Shown here in pieces: positions 37,757-47,849 of a stretch of DNA of 64,000 nt. The stretch comes from Bacillota bacterium (GTDB taxonomy: Bacteria > Bacillota > JAAYKD01). The stretch is taken from contig OY762825.2 in NCBI GenBank assembly GCA_963666425.2, positions 832,001 through 896,000 on the forward strand, written 5' to 3'. A program made the translations under genes and the position numbers. Under the pieces are notes generated by a model. It was not told the origin of the DNA. It saw only the letters and a list, made by a program, of their open reading frames with translations, and searched no databases. Each line of letters opens with the position of its first letter. The stretch's first letter is position 1.

Positions 37757-39775
37757 TCAGAGGAGCAGGGAGCCAACCTGAAAAACAAGATAGGCCGCTA
37801 ACCAGGCGATACCAGTCTGAAACAGGAAGGCGATCACCATACCCCGCCAACTGCCCCATTCCCGTCGAACCGCTGCCAATGCGGCGATGCAGGGAGAATA
37901 AAGCAGAGTGAATACCAAAAACGAGAACGCCGACAGCGGTGTAAACATTTGCGGTAAAGCAATAGAAACCTGACTCACGTCGCTCACTCCGGTCAGAATT
38001 GCCAATGTGCTGACCACCGCTTCTTTGGCAGTCAAGCCGGTTAAGAGGGCAGTCGCGGCGCGCCAATCGGCAAAACCCAAAGGAGCGAAAAGCGGCGCCA
38101 GGATTCTGCCGAGTCCCGCCAGGATACTGGTATTACTGTCAGTGATCCAATTGAAATGCAAATCAAAGCTTTGCAAAAACCAAATCACAATGGTACCAAG
38201 AAAAATTACAGTAAAGGCGCGGGTCATGAAATCTTTGGCTTTTTCAAAAAGATTCAAAGCTACGCTTTTAGCATTTGGCAGCCGATACGCCGGTAATTCC
38301 AAGACGAAAGGCATCAAATTCCCTTTCATTACTGTTGATTTCAGTAAAAGTCCGGATAAAATCGCCATCAATACACCGCCGAGATAAAGCACGATCATGA
38401 CCAGGGCTTGATGCGCCGGGAAAAAGGCCGCCGTAAAAATCGCATAGATCGGTACTTTGGCGCTGCAGGACAGAAACGGAGTCAGCAGCATCGTCATCTT
38501 GCGGTCTCTTTCTCCCGGCAAGGTGCGGGTAGCCAAAATCGCCGGAACTGAACAACCAAACCCCATCAGCATGGGCACAATCGAGCGGCCGGAAAGCCCA
38601 ACTTTGCGCATAAACTGATCCATCATAAAGGCGATGCGCGCCATGTAGCCGGTATCCTCCAGGATGGACAGCAAAAAGAAGAGAATGAGGATAATCGGCA
38701 AAAAGCCCAACACACTGCCCACACCGGCAAAAACACCATCGATCAAGAGGGAATGCAGGATCGGATTGGCACCGAAAAGAGTCAGCTGTGCATCGAAGCT
38801 GCCGGTGAGTCCATCGATGACCATCGCGAAAATATCCACAAAATAGCTGCCAATCGGGCCAAAGGTGATCCAGAAAATCAAGATCATAAACAGGAAAAAG
38901 ATCGGGATGCCTAAGTAACGGTTGGTCAGTAAGCGGTCTATTTTTTCTGAGCGGATTTGCTCTTTGGTTTGACCCGGATGTTTCAGGGTTCTTGCACAGA
39001 GCCGTTCGATGAATTGATAACGTAAGTCAATCAAAGCAGCTTCCCGATCCAGGCCCAGGTTATGTTCCGCTTCCTCGACGATGCGCTGTACGATCTCTAA
39101 TTCCGAAGGACTCAAAGCCAGCCGTTTTTCCATTAGCTCGTCGCCTTCCACCAGCTTGGCTGCCGCAAAACGCACAGCCACCCCAGCTGCTTCCGCTTTG
39201 TTTTCAATCAGGTGACAAATCGCATGGATTGCCTTGTGTAATTCACCGCTGCAAAAATCCAAGTGCTGCGGCTTGATCTTTTTTTCCGCTGTTTTCAGCA
39301 TGCGATCGATCAGTTCGGCTACACCCTGATTTTTCATGGCGGAAATTGGAATTACTTCGATCCCCAATGCGGCTGATAACTGCACAAAATCGATCGAATG
39401 TCCACTGGCCAGAACTTCATCCATCATATTCAGAGCTAATACCATCGGTATTTGTAAATCCAGCAACTGCAGTGTCAGATATAAATTCCGTTCCAGGTTG
39501 GTTGCATCGGCAATATTGATGATACAGTCTGGTTTTTCATCCAAGAGAAAATCTCTGGTCACGATCTCTTCTGTTGTATAAGGAGAAAGCGAATAGATAC
39601 CCGGTAAATCCACAACTTTCGTATTTTTAAAACCTTTAATACTGCCGGATTTTTGTTCCACCGTTACGCCGGGAAAATTGCCGACATGCTGATTGCTGCC
39701 GGTCAATTGATTAAAGAGGGTGGTCTTGCCGCAATTCTGGTTGCCTACCAAAGCAAAAGTCAATTGGTTGCTCAT
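37757..39775 (-). CDS. feoB: Ferrous iron transporter B
   Basis: GNQNCGKTT, VGNFPGVTVE, DLPG, NMMD GTPase motifs; gate domains GFGCSVPA, PCIAA. Confidence 0.97.
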   Translation of the reverse strand: MSNQLTFALVGNQNCGKTTLFNQLTGSNQHVGNFPGVTVEQKSGSIKGFKNTKVVDLPGIYSLSPYTTEEIVTRDFLLDEKPDCIINIADATNLERNLYLTLQLLDLQIPMVLALNMMDEVLASGHSIDFVQLSAALGIEVIPISAMKNQGVAELIDRMLKTAEKKIKPQHLDFCSGELHKAIHAICHLIENKAEAAGVAVRFAAAKLVEGDELMEKRLALSPSELEIVQRIVEEAEHNLGLDREAALIDLRYQFIERLCARTLKHPGQTKEQIRSEKIDRLLTNRYLGIPIFFLFMILIFWITFGPIGSYFVDIFAMVIDGLTGSFDAQLTLFGANPILHSLLIDGVFAGVGSVLGFLPIILILFFLLSILEDTGYMARIAFMMDQFMRKVGLSGRSIVPMLMGFGCSVPAILATRTLPGERDRKMTMLLTPFLSCSAKVPIYAIFTAAFFPAHQALVMIVLYLGGVLMAILSGLLLKSTVMKGNLMPFVLELPAYRLPNAKSVALNLFEKAKDFMTRAFTVIFLGTIVIWFLQSFDLHFNWITDSNTSILAGLGRILAPLFAPLGFADWRAATALLTGLTAKEAVVSTLAILTGVSDVSQVSIALPQMFTPLSAFSFLVFTLLYSPCIAALAAVRREWGSWRGMVIAFLFQTGIAWLAAYLVFQVGSLLL

Positions 39776-40002
39776 GCGTTTGCCGCCTCCACCTCAATCA
39801 AATCGGCATCTTCTTTTCGTAGGGTTAAGCTATAGCCACGCAAGCTCAATTCCAGCGGATCTCCCATGGGAGCAACTTTTCGTATGGTCACTTTTGTGTT
39901 CGGTGTCAGTCCCATTTCCAAAAGCCTGCGCCGCAATGCGCCGCTGCCACCAACTTGCTGAATTCTGGCCCCGTGTCCTACCGAAATCTGTGCTAAGGTC
40001 AT
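39772..40002 (-). CDS. feoA: Ferrous iron transport protein A
   Basis: RRRLLEMGL...APMGDPLELSLRGYSLTLRKEDA. Confidence 0.95.
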   Translation of the reverse strand: MTLAQISVGHGARIQQVGGSGALRRRLLEMGLTPNTKVTIRKVAPMGDPLELSLRGYSLTLRKEDADLIEVEAANA

Positions 40003-40257
40003 GACCGATCCCTCCCTTATGTTATCTTAGTCTAACAATTATTGCTTAAAAAAGTGGTTTCTGTTAGCCACTGCTTACATTCTACACGAGAAATAGGTTT
40101 ATGTCAACCATAGCTAACTAATTATTTCGGTCGGAATCGCAATGGATTTTGTTGCTGCAATTTGGCGGCAGTGTTTTTCCATTTTCGACCGATTCGATGC
40201 TTCTTGCGCTGCGATTGTGGACTTTTCTCGCTGTTCTGCAAGTAAAACTAGGACATA

Positions 40258-40296
40258 AAAAGGCTGCTTTGATTTTTATCAAATCAAAGCAGCCTT
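40258..40296 (-). terminator. Ferredoxin terminator
   Basis: AAAGGCTGCTTTGATT / AATCAAAGCAGCCTTT. Confidence 0.75.
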
Positions 40297-40313
40297 TAAC
40301 AATGCTTTTGGTC

Positions 40314-40481
40314 TTACTCCGGTTGAGGAGCACCTACCGGGCAAACGCTGTTGCATGCACCGCATTCAATGCATTTATCCGGATCGATTACGTAGGGGTT
40401 GCCTTCCGAAATCGCGTCTACGGGACATTCCGGTTTGCAGGTACCGCAAGCTAAGCAGTCTTTATTAATTTTATAAGCCAT
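40314..40481 (-). CDS. fdx: Clostridial-type 2[4Fe-4S] ferredoxin (55 aa; not in the ORF track)
   Basis: MAYKINKDCLACGTCKPECPVDAISEGNPYVIDPDKCIECGACNSVCPVGAPQPE; two CxxCxxCxxxCP; AGGAGG RBS. Confidence 0.95.
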   Translation of the reverse strand: MAYKINKDCLACGTCKPECPVDAISEGNPYVIDPDKCIECGACNSVCPVGAPQPE

Positions 40482-40674
40482 TATGTTCACCTCCTGTATT
40501 TATCTATGCTACACGCATGTCTTTTTAATTCGCCTTACGGTGAAAATCTCCTTCCCGCTTCGCGGAAATTCCCGAAATAATACAAAAGAGAAAGTCGCGC
40601 TCCTATTCAGGAGGAAGAACTCTGCCTCTGTCGAATTGAATAAGATGAATTTATTTGGGAAGGAAGTTTTTTAA

Positions 40675-41850
40675 ATGAGTTTACGAGACGATGCTTTGGC
40701 TCTGCATGCCAAATACAGAGGCAAAATATCCATTCAGAGTAAAGTAGCAGTTAACAATATTACGGATTTGAGTTTAGCTTATACACCCGGTGTAGCGGAA
40801 CCTTGTAAGGAAATTTACGCGAATAAGGAATTGGTTTACACATATACCAACAAAGGCAATACGGTAGCAGTCATTTCTGATGGTACCGCTGTCTTAGGTT
40901 TGGGAGATATCGGCCCGGAAGCCGGACTGCCGGTCATGGAAGGCAAATGCATTCTCTTTAAGCGCTTTGCGGATATCGATGCTGTGCCAATTATGCTGAA
41001 CAGTAAAAATGTCGATGAGATCGTGCAAACGGTCAAGATCATCGCTCCTTCCTTTGGCGGCATTAATTTAGAAGATATCTCTTCCCCCCGTTGTTTTGAA
41101 GTCGAACGCCGCTTAAAAGCGGAACTGAATATTCCTGTCTTTCACGATGACCAGCATGGGACTGCGGTAATTGTGCTGTCGGCTGTGCTGAACGCAACTC
41201 GTCTGATTGGCAAAGAGTTAAGCGACTGCACCGTCGTGATCAATGGCGCCGGTGCCGCCGGAACTGCCGTCGGCCGTTTGATTCTCAAAGCAGGCGTTCG
41301 GAATCTGCTGATGGTGGACCGCCATGGCATTCTGAATGTGGGTGATCCCAAAAACAATCCGGCGCAGGATGACTTGGCCTCGATTACCAACCGACTGCAT
41401 CAAACCGGAGATCTAAAAGAAGCGCTGAAAGGCGCGGATATTTTCATTGGCGTCTCTGCCGGTAATATTGCCGACCGAACGATGATTGCCGGCATGAACA
41501 AGGACGCAATTGTCTTTGCTATGGCCAATCCCACCCCGGAAATTTTCCCGGAGGAAGCGAAAGCCGGCGGTGCGCGGGTAGTGGGAACCGGCCGCTCCGA
41601 TTATCCCAACCAAGTCAATAATTCGCTTTGTTTCCCCGGCATTTTCCGCGGGGCTCTCGATGCCAATGCCACCACCATCAACGAAGAAATGAAATTGGCT
41701 GCGGCTTATGCCATTGCCTGTCTGATCGCCAAAGAGGATCTGCGTGATGATTACATTATTGTTGGTCCTTTTGATCCGCGTATCTGCCAAACGATTGCCA
41801 CTGCGGTAGCCGATGCAGCCAGAGCGACCGGCGTCATCCGAAAACCATAA
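40675..41850 (+). CDS. NAD(P)-dependent malic enzyme
   Basis: LAYTPGVA, DGTAVLGLG, PVMEGK, NLEDI, HDDQHGT, GAGAAG, AMANP. Confidence 0.95.
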   Translation: MSLRDDALALHAKYRGKISIQSKVAVNNITDLSLAYTPGVAEPCKEIYANKELVYTYTNKGNTVAVISDGTAVLGLGDIGPEAGLPVMEGKCILFKRFADIDAVPIMLNSKNVDEIVQTVKIIAPSFGGINLEDISSPRCFEVERRLKAELNIPVFHDDQHGTAVIVLSAVLNATRLIGKELSDCTVVINGAGAAGTAVGRLILKAGVRNLLMVDRHGILNVGDPKNNPAQDDLASITNRLHQTGDLKEALKGADIFIGVSAGNIADRTMIAGMNKDAIVFAMANPTPEIFPEEAKAGGARVVGTGRSDYPNQVNNSLCFPGIFRGALDANATTINEEMKLAAAYAIACLIAKEDLRDDYIIVGPFDPRICQTIATAVADAARATGVIRKP

Positions 41851-41884
41851 TTAAGCTGAGCCAAGCGAAGGAGCCGATGCGATT

Positions 41885-42745
41885 TTGAGTAACGCTGTCC
41901 CACCTAAATCAACCGTGCTGCTCGCTGTGTTTTTTACAGCCTTCTCCTCCATTTTCGTTCGTTTGGCAACGGCACCTGCTTTGATCATCTCCTTTTACCG
42001 TATGCTGTTTACCGTAATGATGATTACGCCGTATGTTTTCAGCCACTATCGCAGAGAGATTTTGCGGATGAAAAGAAGCAGTTATCTCTTATGTATCGGC
42101 TCCGGTATTTGTCTCGCGCTGCATTTTGCCACCTGGATTGCTTCGCTGTCAATGACAACCGTTGCCGCCTCCACAGTACTCGTCTCCTGCAGTCCGATGA
42201 TCGTTGCCGCTGCCGAATGCCTAATGCAACGAAAACGCCCCAGCCGGGTTTTATTGCTCGGTTTGACGCTTGCCTTCTGCGGTACTTTGCTGATCGCTTC
42301 GGATGGCAGCGGCAATCTCAGTTTCAGCGGCAACTTATTGGCTTTGGCCGGTGGCTTTTTTGTCGCCTTTTATTTGCTGTTAGGCGTCCGCGTTCAAAAG
42401 ACTGTTTCGCTCTGGGCTTATGTTTTTCTCGTTTACCTCAGCGCGGCAATCACGCTGGGGCTGCTCGCCCTCATCACACAGACAGCTTTTCGCGGTTATC
42501 CACCGCGTGATTATCTACTTTTCGCAGCGATGGCCTTCTTTTGCTCTGTTCTGGGTCATACCGTTTATAACTGGCTGCTGTCCTTTCATGGCGCGACGCT
42601 GATCTCGGTTTCCACCCTCTGTGAGCCGGTGTTTGCCAGTCTGCTTGCTTATTTTATCCTGCAGGAAACGCCACCCATTTTAACCCTCTTGGGCGGTGTT
42701 TTGATTCTAGCAGGTGTCGCCTTCTATATTCTGAAAAAAACCTAA
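41885..42745 (+). CDS. DMT/EamA family transporter
   Basis: About ten TM helices in two repeats; LALHFATWIASL, EPVFASLLA. Confidence 0.9.
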   Translation: MSNAVPPKSTVLLAVFFTAFSSIFVRLATAPALIISFYRMLFTVMMITPYVFSHYRREILRMKRSSYLLCIGSGICLALHFATWIASLSMTTVAASTVLVSCSPMIVAAAECLMQRKRPSRVLLLGLTLAFCGTLLIASDGSGNLSFSGNLLALAGGFFVAFYLLLGVRVQKTVSLWAYVFLVYLSAAITLGLLALITQTAFRGYPPRDYLLFAAMAFFCSVLGHTVYNWLLSFHGATLISVSTLCEPVFASLLAYFILQETPPILTLLGGVLILAGVAFYILKKT

Positions 42746-42753
42746 TTGGCGTT

Positions 42754-42805
42754 AAAAAAAGCTGACTCATGATGGCACTCGAGGCTATCATGAGTCAGTT
42801 TTTTT
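42754..42805. terminator. Bidirectional terminator
   Basis: A7-GCTGACTCATGAT...ATCATGAGTCAG-T7. Confidence 0.8.
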
Positions 42806-42808
42806 CTT

Positions 42809-43171
42809 TTATTGTTTTACTTCCGCTGCCAATTCCACGCGTGGTGAATCGTGCCAGAGACGTTCCAGATTATAAAATTCCCGCGTCTCTTCGTCAAAAA
42901 TATGCACGATCACATCATTCATATCCAAGAGTACCCAACTGCCTTCACTCATGCCTTCTTTATGATAGACCGGCAACGCATAAATTTCTTCCGCCTGATC
43001 CGCAATATGCTCAGCAATGGCTACCACTTGGATTTTATTGCTGGCGTGACAAATCACGAAGTAATCAGCAAACGTACTGGTGGTTGCCACATCAATCACG
43101 ACTGGATTTTTGGCTTTTTTTGCTTCTGCCCATTGAACAACCGATAGAGCTAATTCTTTACTGGAATACAT
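42809..43171 (-). CDS. rsfS: Ribosome silencing factor
   Basis: KKA...ADYFVIC...EG....WVLLD..DVIVHIF....REFYNLERLW. Confidence 0.95.
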   Translation of the reverse strand: MYSSKELALSVVQWAEAKKAKNPVVIDVATTSTFADYFVICHASNKIQVVAIAEHIADQAEEIYALPVYHKEGMSEGSWVLLDMNDVIVHIFDEETREFYNLERLWHDSPRVELAAEVKQ

Positions 43172-43211
43172 ACTTTCCCTCCGCATCATCTTCATAGTAC
43201 CCTATTTTCTT

Positions 43212-44183
43212 TTATTCTATTGGAGTCGGTGCGGGACAATAATCCCGCCAGATCCCTGCCAGATCAATTTCATCCGCAATCCAATAACTGGCTTCATTGA
43301 TCATCTTGCCTGCCCCCGGCAGCGTAATCGTATAGCGCTGCGTATCCGGCACCCGCAGGTAATCTATCGCCAGTTTCAGCCCATCAAGCAGGCTGAGATT
43401 CGTATCCAGATACGGCTGCATTTTAGCCGCAATGGCAGGCATTTTCAACAGTTTGGCTGGCTGCAGCAACTGTCCGGCTAACGCCATCATAAAATTGCGC
43501 TGGCGCCCCAGACGGCCGATATCACCCATGCCATCCGCACGGTAGCGCACATATCCTTCGGCTGCCACACCGTCCAATAATTGCTGTCCCGCTTTGAGAT
43601 GAACGATCAAGGGTGGAACATCATAAGGATCTTCATAATCCATGTCAAATTCCACATTGTAATCAACACCGCCAATCGCATCTACCAACGCCTGAAAGCT
43701 CTCAAAATTCACTTTGGTATAATAATTGATCTTGGTCTGCAGCAGTTCTTCCACCATCTGCACGGTTAACTCGGTTCCCCCGAAAACATGAGCGGCATTG
43801 ATCCGTTCGTAGCCAATTTCCGGCAGGTCCACCAGTGTGTCTCTGGGGATAGAAATAATCGCCAGTTTGTGCTGCACCGGATCAAAACTGAACAACATCA
43901 GCACATCACTGCGAGCCGGCATCGTACCACCGCCGTCTAACAAGCCTGCATCTGTTCCGATCAACAGCAAATTGACCGGTTCTCCCGCAATGGGTTTGCT
44001 CAAAGCGAGATCGTCTTTATTCAACCCTTTCAGGTAGTTCGATGTTGCCATATACAAAGCTGCCAGGAGCAGTCCTGCTACAAGCAGGAGCACCCCAAAA
44101 ATTCCTAGTACAACCCGTAAACCGGATTTTTTGGCTTTCCTACCGGTTGGCAGGTTATGATTCGTCGTGCTTTCACTTGTCAC
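43212..44183 (-). CDS. LCP (LytR-CpsA-Psr) family protein
   Basis: TM anchor; RSD, SIPRDT, INAAH, YVRYR, GDIGRLGRQ. Confidence 0.93.
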   Translation of the reverse strand: MTSESTTNHNLPTGRKAKKSGLRVVLGIFGVLLLVAGLLLAALYMATSNYLKGLNKDDLALSKPIAGEPVNLLLIGTDAGLLDGGGTMPARSDVLMLFSFDPVQHKLAIISIPRDTLVDLPEIGYERINAAHVFGGTELTVQMVEELLQTKINYYTKVNFESFQALVDAIGGVDYNVEFDMDYEDPYDVPPLIVHLKAGQQLLDGVAAEGYVRYRADGMGDIGRLGRQRNFMMALAGQLLQPAKLLKMPAIAAKMQPYLDTNLSLLDGLKLAIDYLRVPDTQRYTITLPGAGKMINEASYWIADEIDLAGIWRDYCPAPTPIE

Positions 44184-44772
44184 GTTTATCCGCCGTTCTT
44201 TCTATTGTTTCTTTTAATTGTACCAGCCATTGCTGGCTGAACGGATGTACTGCCATGCCATTTTGCTGCAAGTAAACGAGATTGGACTGCAGAAAAGCCA
44301 AGCAGGCCGCATCGAGATTCTCCTGCGCCAATTGGTGCAGCGCCTTGACTCCCGGATAGTCGCGGTGAGGCTCGATCCCATCCGCTAAAAAAATGACCTT
44401 CGCTAAGGTGCCGAGATTCAGTCTGCCGGTGGTGTGATAATGTACCGCTTCTAGAATCTCCGCATCCTCTACCTGCCAATCCCGCTGCAGCAGCAGAGCC
44501 GCCAAAGGTCCATGCAGGAGAATTGGCGCCTGCAGTTCCATGGGCAGACAGATGTAATGCAATTCCTCCGCCAGCTGCAGCAATTGCTGCGCTGTTTCAG
44601 AACGGCAATAATCATGACACAATGCCGCCTGCCTGGCTTTCATAACAGCCAGACCATAGTGCTCGGCCAACTGTATCGCTGTTTGCTGACAGCCTAAAGT
44701 ATGCTGCCAGCGTTTGGCAGATAATTTGCTCTGCAGGTAGAGCGCGATCTCTGCTTCAGGAAAATTGCTCAA
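44173..44772 (-). CDS. yqeK: HD-domain bis(5'-nucleosyl)-tetraphosphatase
   Basis: RWQHTLG, HD, LLHGP, HTTG, ADGIEP.R; conserved gene context. Confidence 0.88.
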   Translation of the reverse strand: MSNFPEAEIALYLQSKLSAKRWQHTLGCQQTAIQLAEHYGLAVMKARQAALCHDYCRSETAQQLLQLAEELHYICLPMELQAPILLHGPLAALLLQRDWQVEDAEILEAVHYHTTGRLNLGTLAKVIFLADGIEPHRDYPGVKALHQLAQENLDAACLAFLQSNLVYLQQNGMAVHPFSQQWLVQLKETIERTADKRDK

Positions 44773-44839
44773 AATCGTCGCCTACCCTTTTGCTATCACC
44801 TAACGAGACCAAATCTGCTCGCCTTCTCCTGGCAGTCGC

Positions 44840-45145
44840 TCATTCATTGGAGGAGGGCAAAACGATTTTCGGCTGTTCGGGATGTTTCTTATACAAGACA
44901 AAGCTATGGCCAATTACCTGGACCAGTTCCGCTTCGCAAGCCTCGGCCAATTCCTGGGCTAAAACTTCCGTATCTTCATCATTATTATTCTGTACTTTCA
45001 CTTTCAGGATCTCACGAATAAATAACGTCTCATTGGTTTGCTTCACCAAATTATCAGTGATGCCTCCCTTGCCGATCTGGATGACAGCGGCTTCGGTTAC
45101 CATCATGGCTCGCAGAAAACGTTTCTGTTTACCGGTTAAAATCAT
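44840..45145 (-). CDS. yhbY: CRM-domain RNA-binding protein
   Basis: LTGKQKRFLR, QIGKGG, EILKVKV, QVIG...VLYK. Confidence 0.93.
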   Translation of the reverse strand: MILTGKQKRFLRAMMVTEAAVIQIGKGGITDNLVKQTNETLFIREILKVKVQNNNDEDTEVLAQELAEACEAELVQVIGHSFVLYKKHPEQPKIVLPSSNE

Positions 45146-45157
45146 GTTCCAGCTCCT

Positions 45158-46459
45158 TTAATACAAGTATTCTTCTTCATTATCATAATCGGCAAAAGTA
45201 AATTCCATCTCACCGATACGAACGGTATGGCCAGCCACAGCGCCTGCTTTGCGCAGCATATCATCCACACCGATTTTTCGCATTAAGCCCTGGAAACGTT
45301 TCACGGAAGCATTGTGGGCAAAATCAGTCATCAAGACATGTCGTTCCAGGCGTTTGCTCTTGACGACCCACAATTCTTCTGATTCACGCTGAATTTCAAT
45401 GGCGGACTCATCGGCAAAGATCAGTTCGGCGGTTGAAGTAAAGGTCAGCGGCGGCAAATCCGGGATCAGAGAAAGCTGCAAGGTGATTTCTTTCAATAAC
45501 GGAGTAAAACCTTCCCGCGTCAAAGCAGAAATTGGAAAACAAGTGACCTCTCGCTCCTGAAACCAAGCCAATACTTCCGACATGTGCTCTGCTGCTGCCG
45601 GCAAGTCGATTTTGTTTAGGACGATGATCTGTTTGCGCTTGCCCAATTCTTCACTGTAAAGCGTCAATTCGTTACATATTGCCTGGTAATCCGAAATCGG
45701 ATCGCGGCCATCTACGGCAGCCAGATCAATTAGGTGAACCAGCAGTTTGGTCCGTTCGATGTGACGCAAAAAGTCGTGGCCTAAGCCAATGCCGGTATGC
45801 GCCCCTTCAATCAAACCGGGGATATCCGCCATGACATAGCTGTTTTCCTCATCGGCCTGTACCACACCCAGATTTGGCGTCAGTGTTGTGAAAGGGTAAT
45901 CGGCGATTTTTGGCCGCGCTGCGGTCAGCGCAGTCAGCAAGGTTGATTTACCGGCGTTGGGATAACCTACCAAGCCAACCGAAGCCAGCATTTTCAGTTC
46001 CAGAATGATATCCCGGCTTTCTCCCGGAGCGCCATTCTCGGCAACTTCCGGTGCTTGATTGGTCGAAGAGGTGAAACGAGCATTTCCCCGACCGCCCCGG
46101 CCGCCTCTGGCTAAAACTGCTTCCTGACCCGGTTCGGTCAGATCGGCAATCGGCAGATTGGTCGCAGCATCTAAAAAGAGCGTCCCAGCCGGCACACGCA
46201 GCACCAAGTCTTCGCCGCCGCGGCCCGACATATTCTTGATGTCACCGGAACCACCATGGGTTGCTTTATAAACTCTCTGATAACGGAAATCAATCAGAGT
46301 ATGTAAACCGGTATCCACCCGGGCAATGATACTGCCGCCTCTGCCTCCGTCCCCACCGTTGGGACCACCTTCCGGAACATATTTTTCTCTGCGGAATGAA
46401 ACGCGGCCATTGCCGCCGGAACCGGCGATGACTTTAATGGCTGCTCTGTCTACAAACAT
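45158..46459 (-). CDS. obgE: GTPase Obg/CgtA
   Basis: MFVD...FRREKYVPEGGP; GYPNAGKST; DYPFTT; DIPG; NKID. Confidence 0.97.
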   Translation of the reverse strand: MFVDRAAIKVIAGSGGNGRVSFRREKYVPEGGPNGGDGGRGGSIIARVDTGLHTLIDFRYQRVYKATHGGSGDIKNMSGRGGEDLVLRVPAGTLFLDAATNLPIADLTEPGQEAVLARGGRGGRGNARFTSSTNQAPEVAENGAPGESRDIILELKMLASVGLVGYPNAGKSTLLTALTAARPKIADYPFTTLTPNLGVVQADEENSYVMADIPGLIEGAHTGIGLGHDFLRHIERTKLLVHLIDLAAVDGRDPISDYQAICNELTLYSEELGKRKQIIVLNKIDLPAAAEHMSEVLAWFQEREVTCFPISALTREGFTPLLKEITLQLSLIPDLPPLTFTSTAELIFADESAIEIQRESEELWVVKSKRLERHVLMTDFAHNASVKRFQGLMRKIGVDDMLRKAGAVAGHTVRIGEMEFTFADYDNEEEYLY

Positions 46460-46607
46460 GCTTCCTCCTGTTGTCGGTTCGTTGATGTGAAATCAACCGA
46501 ATCCTTGCTCCCATCCGTTGCTTCGGCTGGGAAATGATATCCTAAAATAAAAAAGGCCGTTCCTTACAATGACAGAATCATCGTAGCGGAACAGCCTCTT
46601 TCTTTCA

Positions 46608-46922
46608 TTAGGCGTTAGCGATATCTGCCACCGCTTCCAGAGGATGAACATTGATATATTTCTTGTGCCCGAAGCGGGTAATATATTCAACGGTTCCTTC
46701 TACGGTTGCAAATAATGTATCGTCTTTACCGATGCCCACGTTCAAGCCCGGAAAGAATTTGGTGCCGCGTTGGCGAACCAGAATATTACCGGCTTTGACA
46801 TATTGACCACCGAAAATCTTGACGCCCAGGCGTTGGGAATGGCTGTCACGTCCGTTACGGGACGAACCCATACCTTTTTTATGAGCGAATAACTGTAAAT
46901 TCATCAAAAACATGGTGTGCAC
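46608..46922 (-). CDS. rpmA: 50S ribosomal protein L27 with cleavable N-terminal extension
   Basis: [21 protein letters not shown]; exact start uncertain. Confidence 0.97.
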   Translation of the reverse strand: MHTMFLMNLQLFAHKKGMGSSRNGRDSHSQRLGVKIFGGQYVKAGNILVRQRGTKFFPGLNVGIGKDDTLFATVEGTVEYITRFGHKKYINVHPLEAVADIANA

Positions 46923-46926
46923 CTCC

Positions 46927-47325
46927 CTATGCTCTTTTTATTAATTGAATCAGATGACGCAAGGCATCCGGTTCCTTGGCTGCTTGTTCCCAACCAGCCA
47001 AACCATCTACGTGCAATTGAATGTAACGGGGATACTGCTGCGCCAAGCTGACACAGCCAAGGAAAGCAGCATCGAGTATCGATTGTATCTGCAATTCTGC
47101 CAAATCAGATGCCGCTCGCGGTATACTGCATTCAAGCAACCCGTCCGCAATTTCGTAAACCGGCGCTTCTTCACTGATCGCCAAGACCGCCTGCAGTGCT
47201 GTTTGCACTACCGCGCTGACACCGGCGCAGACAATATCGCTGCCCGCCGCAGCATAACCGCTGTGACCGCTGCTGCGAAAACCATCCCAATGTTGAAGAC
47301 CGCGACGAAAAGTAATACGAATCAT
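46927..47325 (-). CDS. prp: Ribosomal-processing cysteine protease
   Basis: [21 protein letters not shown]; lies between rplU and rpmA. Confidence 0.92.
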   Translation of the reverse strand: MIRITFRRGLQHWDGFRSSGHSGYAAAGSDIVCAGVSAVVQTALQAVLAISEEAPVYEIADGLLECSIPRAASDLAELQIQSILDAAFLGCVSLAQQYPRYIQLHVDGLAGWEQAAKEPDALRHLIQLIKRA

Positions 47326-47332
47326 GATTGTA

Positions 47333-47650
47333 TTAGGCTTCGATTGCGATAATCGTGAATTTTGTATAGGGCTGACGATGTCCGTAACGGCGACGATAAT
47401 TAGATTTGGCCTTGTAACGGAAACCGGTAATTTTGGCTTCCTTACCTTGCTCTTCCACTTTGGCAGTCACTTTCGCTCCTGCTACATGGGGATTGCCAAT
47501 CATCATTTGTCCGTCTTCCTTGCTGATTGCCAGAACATGAGTGAAACTGTATTCTTCGCCCACTTCGACTAAAAGCTTTTCCACATAAATAACATCTCCG
47601 GCCTGAACCTTGTACTGTTTACTGCCGGTTTCAATAATGGCATAACTCAT
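47333..47650 (-). CDS. rplU: 50S ribosomal protein L21
   Basis: YAIIETGSKQYKV...GHRQPYT. Confidence 0.97.
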   Translation of the reverse strand: MSYAIIETGSKQYKVQAGDVIYVEKLLVEVGEEYSFTHVLAISKEDGQMMIGNPHVAGAKVTAKVEEQGKEAKITGFRYKAKSNYRRRYGHRQPYTKFTIIAIEA

Positions 47651-47675
47651 TTGCCATTGCACCTCCTTTTTCTTC

Positions 47676-47755
47676 AAGACTCGCCATGCCAGGCACTTCT
47701 TTCGTGAGAGAAGTTTAGGCGCCTGCTTCGAGCGGTATGCGTATAGAGACGCAAA
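47676..47755 (-). promoter_or_regulatory. L21 leader-like cis-regulatory RNA
   Basis: ACCGCTC..GCAGG...GTGCCTGGC.TGGCGAGTC directly upstream of rplU. Confidence 0.7.
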
Positions 47756-47849
47756 GCCTACTCAAAGATTATACACATTTCTCGCAGCTTTGTCAAACAT
47801 TTCACGACATGATTCGATGATTTTTTGTCGAAATAGTAACTGCTGTCTG

